The notes: generated from the letters alone by a model not told the origin. A DNA stretch of 64,000 nucleotides from Gemmatimonadota bacterium (GCA_002727195.1 PBWH01000003.1:16142-80141), one strand, 5' to 3'; counted from the first letter of the stretch, positions 8,053-18,562 are shown. Made by a program: numbers and translations.

Positions 8053-10163
8053 TCGAGACGCTGTTGGCATCGAGTCGGGTCAAGTTCCTTGCTTCCATGG
8101 CCGGGGTGTTCATCGTCTTCGGTGTGCTGGTCGAGACCCTGGGCAGTCTGACCTGGTATCTGTCTCCAAGGGACCCGGCTGCGATCGAAGAGGCATCCCG
8201 ATTACAGGGCGTACTGGGGTCCCTTGTGAAGACTCCGGAGGCTGGCGTTCAGGCTGTTGTTCCGTCGATAGAGAAACCCGCGGTGGCTGCTGGCGGCGAA
8301 ATCTTGCTGGTGGGGCTGCATCGCCTGTTGGAGTGGCCAGCGTCAATGGGACGATCGTTCCAGGAACCTCCTATGCTGGCCGAACGCGTCGCTCACGGCG
8401 ACTTGCCTCCGGTGGCTGAACGTTTGCCTCAAGATCCGCTCGTGGTCGTTCCGCCGGAGCAGATGGGGCCGTATGGCGGCACGTGGACACGGATGGCCAC
8501 AGGACCGAAGGATATCAATGTCCTGGAATCGCGCTTCTCTTACGAAGGTCTTGTCCGTTGGGGGCCGATGGGAGAGAGGATCCTGCCCAACCTGGCCAAG
8601 CGGTGGACGGTCGAGGACAGTGCAAAGGTGTTCACGTTCTGGTTGCGCAAAGGCGTGCGGTGGTCTGACGGCCACCCGTTTACGGCCGAAGACATCGCGT
8701 TCTGGTATCACGATCACCTGAACAACAGCGAAGTGACGCCGGTGATTCCGCGCGAGTTCAAGCGCGATGGCCAGGTCATGGGCTTCGAGCAACTCGACGA
8801 CTACACGATTCGGTTTACGTTTACGTCCTCGAACGGTCTCTTCCTCCAGCAGCTCGCCTCCAGAAGCTATGAACTCGTCCGCCACGCCAAGCATTACATG
8901 AAGCAGTTCCATGCAAGGTATCGTTCGGTCGAAGAATTGACCGTGCTGGCTAATGCGCGTGGCTTCGACCTGTGGAGCAAGCTGTTCGAGGATATGTGGC
9001 GGTGGCGGAACCCGGACGCGCCTCGTCTGTGGCCCTGGCTCGTGAAGGATCCACCGCCGGCCCGTCCAGCACGGCTTGAGCGGAACCCATACTACTGGAA
9101 AATCGATCCCGAAGGCCGACAACTCCCGTATATCGACGAGATGACGTTCGACATCTTCGACCCGGAGACGATCAACTTCAAGGCGATCAACGGTGAGATG
9201 GGGATGCAGAGCCGTCACCTGCAGTTCAAGAACTACCCGCTTTTCATGGAGGGTCGGCAGAAGGGCGACTACCGTGTCCTGAAATGGCACAACGCGACGA
9301 TGGGCCAGAACGTCATCTCGCTGAACCAAAACCATTCGGACCCGTATATGAAGTCGCTGATTCAGGATCGCCGGTTCCGGATCGCGCTGTCTCACGCCAT
9401 CGACCGTGACGAGTTGAACGAAGCCGATTTCTTCGGCATCGGAACACCGAGGCAGGCGGCTCCGAACCCGAGCTCGCCGTATTACGACCCCGACTTCGAG
9501 CGTGCGTATATCGAGTACGATCCGATGCTAGCGTCCCGGATGCTCGACGACATGGGGCTGGCAGACAAGGATGCCAGTGGCTTGCGCCTACGTCCGGACG
9601 GAGATCCGATATCCATTCGGCTCGAGACCACATCCCTGAACAATCGCGTGCTCGAGCTCATTTCGCGTTACTGGACCGCTGTTGGCGTCAGGACCGAGAT
9701 CAAAGAGGAAGCTCGGCAGCTGTTCTACGAACGGAAGCGGGGAACCCTGCACGACGGTGGGATCTGGGGCGGCGCGAACGGACAGGTTCCCGTGCTCGAT
9801 CCGCGGTTTCACATCCCTTATAGCGACGAGTCGATTCAGGCCGTCGACTATGCGCGGTGGTATCGGACGGACGGTTTACGGGGTGAAACGCCGCCGCCAG
9901 CGATTCGAGAAACTATTGACCTGTTCAATCGGGTGGAGAAGGCACCGGAACTCAGTGAACAGATTCGGTTGTATAGGGAGATCCTGGACCTGAACAGGAA
10001 GCACCTGTGGGTGATCGGGACGGTCGGGATGATTCCCGACGTTTTCCTCGTTCGGAACAATTTCAGGAATGTGCCCGATGTCGCGATGAGCGGCTGGGTG
10101 TTCAGGACGCCAGGAAACACGGCTATCGAATGCTACGCGATCTATCCTTCAAGGGTGAATTAG
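8049..10163 (+). CDS. ABC transporter substrate-binding protein, family 5 (paralog of the upstream gene)
   Basis: Same motifs (LPPVAERLP, LRKGVRWSDGHPFTAED, ERNPYYWKIDPEGRQLPYID); GTGA overlap. Confidence 0.9.
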   Translation: MIETLLASSRVKFLASMAGVFIVFGVLVETLGSLTWYLSPRDPAAIEEASRLQGVLGSLVKTPEAGVQAVVPSIEKPAVAAGGEILLVGLHRLLEWPASMGRSFQEPPMLAERVAHGDLPPVAERLPQDPLVVVPPEQMGPYGGTWTRMATGPKDINVLESRFSYEGLVRWGPMGERILPNLAKRWTVEDSAKVFTFWLRKGVRWSDGHPFTAEDIAFWYHDHLNNSEVTPVIPREFKRDGQVMGFEQLDDYTIRFTFTSSNGLFLQQLASRSYELVRHAKHYMKQFHARYRSVEELTVLANARGFDLWSKLFEDMWRWRNPDAPRLWPWLVKDPPPARPARLERNPYYWKIDPEGRQLPYIDEMTFDIFDPETINFKAINGEMGMQSRHLQFKNYPLFMEGRQKGDYRVLKWHNATMGQNVISLNQNHSDPYMKSLIQDRRFRIALSHAIDRDELNEADFFGIGTPRQAAPNPSSPYYDPDFERAYIEYDPMLASRMLDDMGLADKDASGLRLRPDGDPISIRLETTSLNNRVLELISRYWTAVGVRTEIKEEARQLFYERKRGTLHDGGIWGGANGQVPVLDPRFHIPYSDESIQAVDYARWYRTDGLRGETPPPAIRETIDLFNRVEKAPELSEQIRLYREILDLNRKHLWVIGTVGMIPDVFLVRNNFRNVPDVAMSGWVFRTPGNTAIECYAIYPSRVN

Positions 10164-10168
10164 CTCTT

Positions 10169-10213
10169 TCGTTCCCAGGCTATGTCGTTCCCTGGCTCGA
10201 GCCTGGGAACGAG
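10169..10213. repeat. REP-like palindromic element (family C), plus a partial copy
   Basis: TCGTTCCCTGGCTCGAGCCTGGGAACGAG at 10185-10213, preceded by TCGTTCCCAGGCT; near-identical copy at 53460-53488. Confidence 0.8.
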
Positions 10214-10235
10214 AGTTGAGAGAGGAGTTAGTGAA

Positions 10236-11234
10236 TTGCTGAATCTCATCATCAAACGTGTGCTGTGGATGATTCCGACGGCGCTCGTGATTTCGTTCAT
10301 CTCTTTCGCGATCATCCAGTTGCCGCCGGGGGACTACTTGACCTCCTACATCGCGGCTCTGAGTGAGACGGGGGAGACGGTCGACGAGGCGCAGGCGGCC
10401 GCGCTCCGCGCTCGGTACAACCTCGACGATCCTTTCCACGTCCAGTACTTCAAGTGGATGTACGGGATGATCTTTAAGTTCGAGCTCGGGATGTCGCTCG
10501 AATGGGATCGACCCGTTGGGGAGCTGATCAGAGAGCGGATCATCCTGACGTCGATCATATCGATCGCGACGCTTCTGGTGACGTGGGCGATTGCGATTCC
10601 GATCGGCATCTACTCTGCCGTGCGTCAGTATTCGCTGCCTGACTACTGCTTCACGTTTATGGGCTTTATCGGTCTGGCGACGCCGAACTTCCTGTTGGCA
10701 CTCGTGTTCATGTATATCGGGTATGCCATGTTCGGTGTCAGTGCGGGGGGGCTTTTCTCACCCGAGTATCAGAATGCGGACTGGTCGATGGGGAAGGTCG
10801 TGGACCTGATCGCCCACCTGTGGATTCCCGTGATCGTGATCGGTACGTCCGGTACAGCGGGACTGATCCGCGTGATGCGCGGTAACCTACTCGACGAGCT
10901 GCGGAAACAGTATGTGATGACGGCGAGGGCCAAGGGCGTTGCCTATTGGCGCCTTCTTCTGAAGTATCCCGTGCGGGTGGCATTGAACCCGCTGGTAAGT
11001 ACCGTCGGTTGGGTACTCCCCGGAATCGTGTCGGGTGCGACGATTGTCTCGGTCGTTCTCGGTTTGCCGACGACGGGACCGTTGCTGCTCCGAGCCCTGA
11101 TGAACCAGGACATGTATCTAGCTGGTAGCATGGTGATGATGCTCAGCGTATTGACGCTGATCGGAACGCTTCTATCTGACATCCTGCTCCTGGTGGTGGA
11201 CCCCAGGATCCGTTATGAGGAGGGGGAACGGTAA
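10236..11234 (+). CDS. ABC transporter permease (OppB/DppB family)
   Basis: IQLPPGD, YNLDDP, EAA loop YVMTARAKG, DPRIRY end; start moved to TTG 10236 behind an AGAGGAG SD. Confidence 0.9.
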   Translation: MLNLIIKRVLWMIPTALVISFISFAIIQLPPGDYLTSYIAALSETGETVDEAQAAALRARYNLDDPFHVQYFKWMYGMIFKFELGMSLEWDRPVGELIRERIILTSIISIATLLVTWAIAIPIGIYSAVRQYSLPDYCFTFMGFIGLATPNFLLALVFMYIGYAMFGVSAGGLFSPEYQNADWSMGKVVDLIAHLWIPVIVIGTSGTAGLIRVMRGNLLDELRKQYVMTARAKGVAYWRLLLKYPVRVALNPLVSTVGWVLPGIVSGATIVSVVLGLPTTGPLLLRALMNQDMYLAGSMVMMLSVLTLIGTLLSDILLLVVDPRIRYEEGER

Positions 11235-12370
11235 TGGTGCTGGCACAAGAACAATACGTCGAGGAAGAACTCGAGACTGCCGAGGAGACTGCCGTACACG
11301 CTGCTTCTCAGTGGCAGTTAATGTGGTGGAAGTTCCGGAAGCACAAGGTGGCCATGGCTGCCGGAATGGTGATCCTCTGTTTGTATTTCGTGGCGATGTT
11401 CTGCGAGGTGTTGGCGCCCTATACGCTCGAATCACGAAACGTCCAGTATGCGTTCGCACCACCACAACGACTTCGTCTCGTTTCGAATGAGGGGGTGCAC
11501 TTCTGGCCCTTCGTTTACAAGATCAAAGGGTTCCGGCATCCCGAGACGCTCCGGAAGTACTACGTCGAGGATGAATCGAAGACGTATCCCGTGCAGTTGT
11601 TCGTAAGAGGGGAAACCTACCGCTTCTGGGGCCTCTTCGAAACCGACATTCACTTATTCGAGGTCGAAGAGGGCGGGACACTGTTCCTTCTTGGGACCGA
11701 CCATCTGGGTCGAGATCTCCTTTCACGCATCATATACGGATCTCGCATCTCGCTAACGATTGGGCTGATCGGGGTGTCGCTCAGTTTCGTGTTCGGGCTG
11801 GTGATCGGCGTGGTGTCCGGATACTACGGCGGATGGATAGACAACATCATCCAGCGGGGAATCGAGATTCTGAGATCGTTCCCATCGATCCCGCTCTGGA
11901 TGGCATTGGCCGCGGCGTTACCCGCCTCTTGGAGTCCACTTCAGGTCTACATGGGGATTACCGTGGTCCTCTCGCTGATTGGCTGGACGGGGCTTGCGCG
12001 ACAGGTCCGTGGAAAGATTCTCTCGTTGCGAGAGGAGGATTTCGCGATGGCCGCCCTATTAGCAGGGGCCAGTCGTTGGCGGATTATGACTCGCCATCTG
12101 TTGCCGTCGTTCATGAGCCACATCATCGTGAGCCTGACGCTGGCCGTTCCTTCGATGATCCTGGGCGAGACGTCGTTGAGTTTCCTGGGCCTGGGACTTC
12201 GCCCTCCGGTCACAAGCTGGGGCGTTCTGCTGAAGGAGGCCCAAAACGTTCAGGCCGTCGCGTTCCAACCGTGGCTGCTGACCCCGGTTATCTTCGTGAT
12301 CATCACCGTGCTGGCATTCAACTTTGTGGGCGACGGGCTGCGTGACGCGGCCGACCCGTATTCGAGGTAA
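11234..12370 (+). CDS. ABC transporter permease (OppC/DppC family)
   Basis: LGTDHLGRDLLSR, GETSLSFLGLG, GDGLRDAADP. Confidence 0.92.
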   Translation: MVLAQEQYVEEELETAEETAVHAASQWQLMWWKFRKHKVAMAAGMVILCLYFVAMFCEVLAPYTLESRNVQYAFAPPQRLRLVSNEGVHFWPFVYKIKGFRHPETLRKYYVEDESKTYPVQLFVRGETYRFWGLFETDIHLFEVEEGGTLFLLGTDHLGRDLLSRIIYGSRISLTIGLIGVSLSFVFGLVIGVVSGYYGGWIDNIIQRGIEILRSFPSIPLWMALAAALPASWSPLQVYMGITVVLSLIGWTGLARQVRGKILSLREEDFAMAALLAGASRWRIMTRHLLPSFMSHIIVSLTLAVPSMILGETSLSFLGLGLRPPVTSWGVLLKEAQNVQAVAFQPWLLTPVIFVIITVLAFNFVGDGLRDAADPYSR

Positions 12371-12380
12371 GGAGTTCCTT

Positions 12381-13136
12381 GTGGAAATCAGACCGAACAG
12401 AGTGAAACAGAAACTGGCGAACGGCGAATCCGCGCTGATCGCATCCGGGTTCGACAGTGGCGATCAGATTGACTCATTCGGGCCGAACGGCTTCGACGGT
12501 GTCTGGCTGGAGGGAGAGCACGGTCCCGTCGATGCACCGCAGATCGGGGACCTGACACGGGCCTGTGATATCTGGGGTCTGACATCTGTTGTAAGGGTCA
12601 ATCGAAACGATCAAAACCTGATCTACCGTACGTTCGATCGCGGCGCTCAGGGAGTTTGTGTTCCGCACGTTAATACGAAGGCTGAGGCGGAAAACGTCGT
12701 GGCCGGAGGGAAGTTCGCGCCGATCGGGCAGCGTGGCCTGTTCACGAGTCGTCAGGGATACGACGTACCCGATTATTTAGACATAGCCAACGACGAGACA
12801 TTGTTGATAATCCTCGTCGAGGACATCATCGCGGTCAACAACCTCGACGAAATTCTCGAGGTGGACCACATCGATGTGTTCTTAGTGGCGCCTTCCGATC
12901 TGGCCGCATCTATGGGCAAGATTGGTAAGGTTCAGAGTCAGGGAGTGCAAGACACGATCGACGGCGCGCTCGCCAAGATCGTCGAATCTGGCCGGACCGC
13001 CGGGACGATGTGCCCCGACTACACCTTGGCGGAGAAGTACACGAAGGCCGGCGTGAAGTGTCTGCTGACCCCGTCTGGTCCGTGGGTCGCGGCGGGTGCG
13101 AAGCAATTCCGCGAGACGGTGGAGGCGGCTCAGTGA
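12381..13136 (+). CDS. HpcH/HpaI class II aldolase family protein
   Basis: GFDGVWLEGEH, VVRV, DRGAQG, PIGQRG, VE and PSDL motifs; GTG start behind AAGGAG. Confidence 0.85.
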   Translation: MEIRPNRVKQKLANGESALIASGFDSGDQIDSFGPNGFDGVWLEGEHGPVDAPQIGDLTRACDIWGLTSVVRVNRNDQNLIYRTFDRGAQGVCVPHVNTKAEAENVVAGGKFAPIGQRGLFTSRQGYDVPDYLDIANDETLLIILVEDIIAVNNLDEILEVDHIDVFLVAPSDLAASMGKIGKVQSQGVQDTIDGALAKIVESGRTAGTMCPDYTLAEKYTKAGVKCLLTPSGPWVAAGAKQFRETVEAAQ

Positions 13137-14152
13137 GCGAGACTGCTGACAGCGTCCTGAGTATCAGGAACCTGAAGACCTATTTCTTCCTGGATGAGGG
13201 AACCGTCCGGGCTGTTGACGGTGTGAATCTGGAGATCCCGAAGGCGCAGACCATCGGGATCGTCGGCGAGAGCGGTTGTGGAAAGAGTGTTTCGGCCTTC
13301 TCTGCACTTCGCCTCGTAGCGGAGCCAGGTGAGATCGTCGAAGGGGAGATCATTCTGCATCGTGAGGATGGTGATGTCGTCCTGACCGATCTCGATGACG
13401 AAGGAGAACAGATCCGGTCGATTCGCGGTAAAGAGATATCGATGATCTTCCAGGAACCGATGACATCGCTCAGTCCCGTTCATCGTGTGGGCGCGCAGAT
13501 CGTAGAGGCTGTCGAACTGCATACAGATCTGCAAGGTCAGGACGCAATGGATCACGCGATCCATATGCTGGAGCGTGTCGGGATTCCTGACGCGCCTCGA
13601 CGCGCGACCGAGTACCCGCACGAACTCAGCGGCGGTATGCGTCAGCGCGTGATGATCGCGATGGCTCTCTCGTGTCAGCCATCTCTTCTGATGGCTGATG
13701 AGCCGACCACCGCACTCGACGTGACGATTCAGGCGCAGATCCTCGAGTTGATGCGCGACCTCCAGACCGAGTTCGATATGTCGATCATGCTGATCACGCA
13801 CGATCTCGGGGTGGTGGCAGAGATGGCTGACGAAGTGGCTGTGATGTATCTGGGGCGTGTGGTCGAACAGGGCTCCGTCGAGCGGATCTTCGTGGCACCA
13901 AAGCATCCTTATACCAAGGCATTGATGCGATCGATCCCGGGGATCGGGGGGGGGCGCAAGACCGAACTCCATACGATCGAGGGGTCGGTACCTGATCCGT
14001 TTACGCGACCCAAGGGTTGCCCATTTCATCCTCGCTGTGAGGAAGCGGTCAAGGGTGTCTGCGATGTGGGCGATCGGCCGGAATTGATCGAGATCGAGCC
14101 CGGTCACGATGTAGCCTGTGTGCTCTACCGGGAGGAAGCTGTCGATGCCTGA
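13133..14152 (+). CDS. ABC transporter ATP-binding protein (OppD/DppD)
   Basis: Walker A GESGCGKS, LSGGMRQR, ADEPTTALD, C-terminal oligo-HPY/GCPFHPRC domain. Confidence 0.93.
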   Translation: MSETADSVLSIRNLKTYFFLDEGTVRAVDGVNLEIPKAQTIGIVGESGCGKSVSAFSALRLVAEPGEIVEGEIILHREDGDVVLTDLDDEGEQIRSIRGKEISMIFQEPMTSLSPVHRVGAQIVEAVELHTDLQGQDAMDHAIHMLERVGIPDAPRRATEYPHELSGGMRQRVMIAMALSCQPSLLMADEPTTALDVTIQAQILELMRDLQTEFDMSIMLITHDLGVVAEMADEVAVMYLGRVVEQGSVERIFVAPKHPYTKALMRSIPGIGGGRKTELHTIEGSVPDPFTRPKGCPFHPRCEEAVKGVCDVGDRPELIEIEPGHDVACVLYREEAVDA

Positions 14153-15176
14153 TCATCAGACTCTTCTGGAGGTTCGTGAACTGAGGAAATATTTCCCGAT
14201 TACCAAGGGATTCTTCAACAACGTTGTCGGGCACGTCAAGGCTGTAAACGATGTCAGCTTTGATCTCTACGATGGAGAGTGCCTCGGGCTGGTGGGGGAG
14301 AGCGGATCAGGAAAGACCACGGTTGGGAGGACGATCCTGCGGGCACTCGCGCCCACGAGTGGGTCGGTCAACTTCAGGGTGAACGGGGAAATGGTCGATG
14401 TCGCAGGTGCGTCACACGAGACCCTCAAGGGGCTTCGCCGGCATATGCAGATGATTTTTCAGGATCCGTATGCTTCGCTGAATCCCCGGATGACGGTTCT
14501 GGACATCGTGGGTGAGCCATTGCTGGTAAACGGCATGGAGGATCGCGCGCAGCGTGAGGAACGCGTGAGCGAACTGCTGGTCCGGGTTGGTCTTCAGCCG
14601 CACTTCCTCAGGCGCTATCCGCACGCGTTCAGCGGTGGTCAACGACAGCGCATCGGGATCGCACGGGCACTCGCGCTGAACCCCAAGCTGGTGGTGGCCG
14701 ACGAACCCGTGTCTGCCCTTGACGTTTCCGTCCAGGCCCAGGCGCTTAATCTGTTACAAGAACTTCAGCGAGAGCTCGGGTTGACGTATTTGTTTGTGGC
14801 GCACGATCTGAGTGTGGTTCGACACATCTCAGATCGTGTGGCCGTTATGTATGTCGGAAGGGTCGTCGAGATCGCAGAGGTGGATCGTCTTTTCGACCAC
14901 CCGTTACACCCCTACACGGAGGCTTTGCTGTCGGCGGTTCCCGTTCCCAAGCCGAAAGCAAAGAAGAAGCAGGTTCTCCTGTCTGGTGAAGTCGCGGATC
15001 CGAGCAAGGCACCCCCGGGATGCGCCTTCCATCCCAGGTGCCCTTACGCGGAAGATCGGTGCCGTGAAGAAGTTCCGGAGCTTCGTGAGATCGAGCCAGG
15101 ACACCAGGTGCGGTGTCATCTTGCTGAGGATCTGACCCTGGAGAGTATGCCGGAGATTCCGGCTGTGGTGGAGTGA
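14145..15176 (+). CDS. ABC transporter ATP-binding protein (OppF/DppF)
   Basis: GESGSGKT, FSGGQRQR, ADEPVSALD, HPYT, GCAFHPRC. Confidence 0.93.
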   Translation: MPDHQTLLEVRELRKYFPITKGFFNNVVGHVKAVNDVSFDLYDGECLGLVGESGSGKTTVGRTILRALAPTSGSVNFRVNGEMVDVAGASHETLKGLRRHMQMIFQDPYASLNPRMTVLDIVGEPLLVNGMEDRAQREERVSELLVRVGLQPHFLRRYPHAFSGGQRQRIGIARALALNPKLVVADEPVSALDVSVQAQALNLLQELQRELGLTYLFVAHDLSVVRHISDRVAVMYVGRVVEIAEVDRLFDHPLHPYTEALLSAVPVPKPKAKKKQVLLSGEVADPSKAPPGCAFHPRCPYAEDRCREEVPELREIEPGHQVRCHLAEDLTLESMPEIPAVVE

Positions 15177-15190
15177 AGCGAGAGGAGCTT

Positions 15191-15577
15191 ATGCGAGTCG
15201 AACACGTAGCATTCCTTGTAGATGACCCGAACGCGGTCTCGAAGTGGTATTGTGAAAACCTCGGGATGAAGCAGGTCCGACAGGGCCCGGGGCCGAACTT
15301 CATGACCTTTTTGGCGGATGACGGCGACAACGTGATGTTCGAGATCTACGCAAACCCGGAAGTCCAGACGCCCGATTACGCTGCACAAGATCCGTTGATC
15401 CTGCATCTAGCCTTCTATTCGGATGATGTGGATGGCGACCGCGCTCGCCTGATCGAGGCTGGTGCCACCGGGGTGGGCGACGTGTTCCACCGTGAGGATG
15501 GGGATGTGTTGGCGATGCTGCGTGATCCCTGGGGGCTCGCCGTGCAGGTGCTGAGCCGCAAGGAACGCATGCTCTAG
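15191..15577 (+). CDS. VOC/glyoxalase family protein
   Basis: EHVAF, WYCENLG, HLAF, RDPWG; GAGGAG SD. Confidence 0.85.
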   Translation: MRVEHVAFLVDDPNAVSKWYCENLGMKQVRQGPGPNFMTFLADDGDNVMFEIYANPEVQTPDYAAQDPLILHLAFYSDDVDGDRARLIEAGATGVGDVFHREDGDVLAMLRDPWGLAVQVLSRKERML

Positions 15578-15588
15578 AACGGCGGATA

Positions 15589-17452
15589 ATGGTTGAATCG
15601 CCAAGTAATCTGGGGACGGATGATCGCTTACTGAAGTGGATCGCCGTCCCCCTTTTTCTTTTCTGTGTCGCACACGTGGCGGCCTCATTCGCCAGTGCAA
15701 GCTTCTGGGGTGTCGACAGCCTCGCCTATGCGCCCAAAGTCCTCGCATTGTGCGTGGTTCTCCCGGTACCCCTGACGTTGCAGGCTGGCAGACTGACTTC
15801 GCTGGTCGCGTCCATACGCTGTCCCGTGATGGTTTGTGGGCTCCTGTTCCTGATGCTCACGCTGGCCTTTCCGTCCGGGACCCGGTTACTTGGCGACGGA
15901 GAACTTCACGTCCGCGAGTTGATAGGCGGCGTATGGGATTCGCACCCCAAGATGAATCGCTCGCCGCTCCTGTTCTGGTTGTTGCATCAGGTTCCGAGCT
16001 GGAGCTTCGTATCGCCTGCCCAGATCTATCCGTGGGTAAGCCGTATGGCCGGTCTTGTGTTCGTTTTGCTGTCCTTCACTGCGGGCAGGTGTTTTCGCAC
16101 CAAGGCCAGATGATCGCGGCCTGCTGATCCTGTGTTTGCTTTCGCAGGGGTATATTGCCCTGTTCTTCGGATACGCAGAGAACTACCCGATTCTGTTCCC
16201 GCTCCTGCTCGGCTACTCGATCCTGTGCTTGCGCGCTATGGAAGGGGAGGCGCCAGTGTATCAGCCGGCGGTTCTCCTCGGGCTCACGGTCCCCTTGCAC
16301 TTTACTGCGTTTGCCTACGCACCAGCCCTGATCTGGGTTGTCTGGCGGAGGCAGCGTGCGAACGCGGCCGACCGTATCCTGTCTATGCTGTCGCTCCTTG
16401 CGGTTCCGGCGACGACATTCCTGTCGTTGGCTCTGATCGGGATATCTCCGTTTTCGTTGCCTCAATCAGCGCTTGGCAGCCATCTCCTTCCCTGGAGGAC
16501 ATCAGGCCCCGGGCTGACCCCGTACGCCGTCCTGTCTGCAGAACATCTCATCGACACCCTCAACCAGTATGCGCTCGTTGTTCCGGTGGTTGTGATGGGG
16601 ATTCCCATCCTTGTGCTAGGCTCCAGGCGTAGCGACGCGACCGATGTTCTGCTGCTTGCCATGGCGCTTCCGCCGGTCTTGTTCACGGTCCTGTTCAACC
16701 CCGCCATAGGAGCTTTTCGGGGTTGGGATGTATTTGCGTTGCCCTCCGTCCCGTTGGTCCTTCTGGCAGGAAGATCTCTTCTGCGGGTCTGCCAACCTGT
16801 TCGTCTACGCCGACTGGCGGTCCTCGCGATCTGCGTTTGTTCTGTCCACACAGCGGGTTGGGTCGCGGTCAATGCCGATGTCGGATCGTCCGAGGAGCGT
16901 TTCGCTCATATGGTCGAGTCGGGGCAGCTCTCGACCTATGCGCGCGCCTACGGGGCCGGAACTCTTGCAGGACACTACCGGGCCAAGGCTGACCTGAGCA
17001 CTTCTATGTTCTGGTTTGAACGAGCTTCAGAATTCGATCCAGGAACAGGCAGGTATCACGTCTGGAGAGCAGATGCCTCTCCAGCCACGACGAACTACTG
17101 GGTGGATCTGGGGGCGACACTGATGGCGCTGGGTCAGTTGGCCGAAGCAGAAGCCCTTTTCCGAATGGTTCTCGAAGAAAGTCCAGGGACGGTTTCGGCT
17201 TGAATGAACCTTGGGACGATCGCCTTCAGCCGCGGAGACTACGGTGCCAGCACCGCTGCGTTCAGAAGTGTTCTGGTGTCCGAGCCGGATCACCATGGCG
17301 CTCTGTTCAACCTGGGTGTGGCACTCTCTCAGATGGGTGATCTCGAGGGAGCACAGGAGGTATTGGCACGAGTGGTCGAACTGGATACGTGTGGTGAGGA
17401 CGGGCAAGAGGTGAAACAGATGCTGGAACGTTTCGCGGGCAAGAATCAGTAG
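15589..17452 (+). pseudogene. Multi-pass membrane protein with C-terminal TPRs, interrupted by a frameshift and an in-frame stop
   Basis: Three consecutive ORF pieces; frameshift near 16088; TGA at 17201-17203 inside a TPR (GTVSA*MNLGTIAF...ALFNLGVAL); motifs LLGDG, LFFGYAENY. Confidence 0.7.
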
Positions 17453-17518
17453 GCAGACTTTACCAGAGCGGTATCTTAGCATCCTAGCCATACAGGTGTT
17501 TACACATAGGGGAGGACA

Positions 17519-18562
17519 ATGCCGGTATTCGAAATCGAAACATTGGAAGCAAGCTGTGCGAGCGTATTCAAGGGCGCTGGGCTGGGAGAGGATGAAGCCA
17601 GCCTGATAGCCCATTCGCTAGTGCTCGCCAACGTGATGGGACACGACTCACACGGCGTGATTCGCGTGGTGCAGTATTGCAAGGCCCTGGACGATGGGAA
17701 GGTAGAGCCCGGCCAGCAGGTCACGGTGACGAAAGAGGCCGATGCGTCCGCCGTGGTTGACGGAGCGTGGGGATTCGGGCAGACGATCTGCCATCAGGCG
17801 ATGGACATCGCGATCGAGAAAGCGAAGAAGCGGTCAGTGGCTGTCGTGGAGGTTTTCAACTGCAGCCATATCGGTCGTCTTGGAGAGTATGTCGAGTCTG
17901 CGGCCGAGCAGGGCATCCTGGGGATCGTGATGTGCAACAACCACGGCGGCGGTCTTCTCCAGCCACCTTTCGGCGGGATAGACGCACGTATGTCACCCAA
18001 TCCGCTTGCTGTTGGGATTCCGACAGGAGGCGAGTTTCCGGTAATTGTCGACATGACGTCGAGCGTTGTGGCCGAGGGAAAGATCCGCGTGAAACGAAAT
18101 CTGGGCGAAATGCTTCCCGAAGGATGGGTTGTCGACGGAGGGGGTAACCCCACGACCGATCCTGCCAAGTTTTATGGTCCGCCTCGCGGCGCGATTCTTC
18201 CGTTCGGAGGCATCAGCGCTCACAAGGGCTATGCACTGTCCATCATCGTTGACGTATTGTCAGGAGCTCTCGGCGGTGCCGGCCTGAGCCGTGAAGGTGG
18301 GGTCAGCGGTGGGAATGGTGTATTCGTCATGGCGATCGATATCGAGGCCTTCATCGGGAAGGAAGACTTCGAGAAGGATATGCAGACGTTCATCGGCTGG
18401 CTCAAGAGCTCGCGGCTCATGGACGGGGTCGGCGAGATCTTACTGCCAGGTGAGATGGAGGCCCGACAGCACAAGCAGAAGCAGGCTGATGGTGTGTTCG
18501 TGGACGACGAGACGTGGCGACAGATCGGAGAGACGGGTGAGCGCTACGGGGTGACGATCTAA
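17519..18562 (+). CDS. Ldh_2 family (malate/L-lactate/ureidoglycolate-type) oxidoreductase
   Basis: GHDSHG, SHIGRLGEY, NPLAVGIP, DMTSSVVAEGK, HKGYAL, LPGE. Confidence 0.9.
   Translation: MPVFEIETLEASCASVFKGAGLGEDEASLIAHSLVLANVMGHDSHGVIRVVQYCKALDDGKVEPGQQVTVTKEADASAVVDGAWGFGQTICHQAMDIAIEKAKKRSVAVVEVFNCSHIGRLGEYVESAAEQGILGIVMCNNHGGGLLQPPFGGIDARMSPNPLAVGIPTGGEFPVIVDMTSSVVAEGKIRVKRNLGEMLPEGWVVDGGGNPTTDPAKFYGPPRGAILPFGGISAHKGYALSIIVDVLSGALGGAGLSREGGVSGGNGVFVMAIDIEAFIGKEDFEKDMQTFIGWLKSSRLMDGVGEILLPGEMEARQHKQKQADGVFVDDETWRQIGETGERYGVTI

Noticed and set aside
10182-10235. N-terminal extensions given in the ORF track (also 41124, 45854, 52234, 59193)
   Set aside because: They run through repeats or promoter DNA; downstream starts with better SD or domain boundaries were used.
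13946-13954. G9 run in the first ABC ATPase as a phase-variation tract
   Set aside because: It is in frame, encodes GGG in a variable loop, and is plausible by chance in GC-rich DNA; no supporting evidence.
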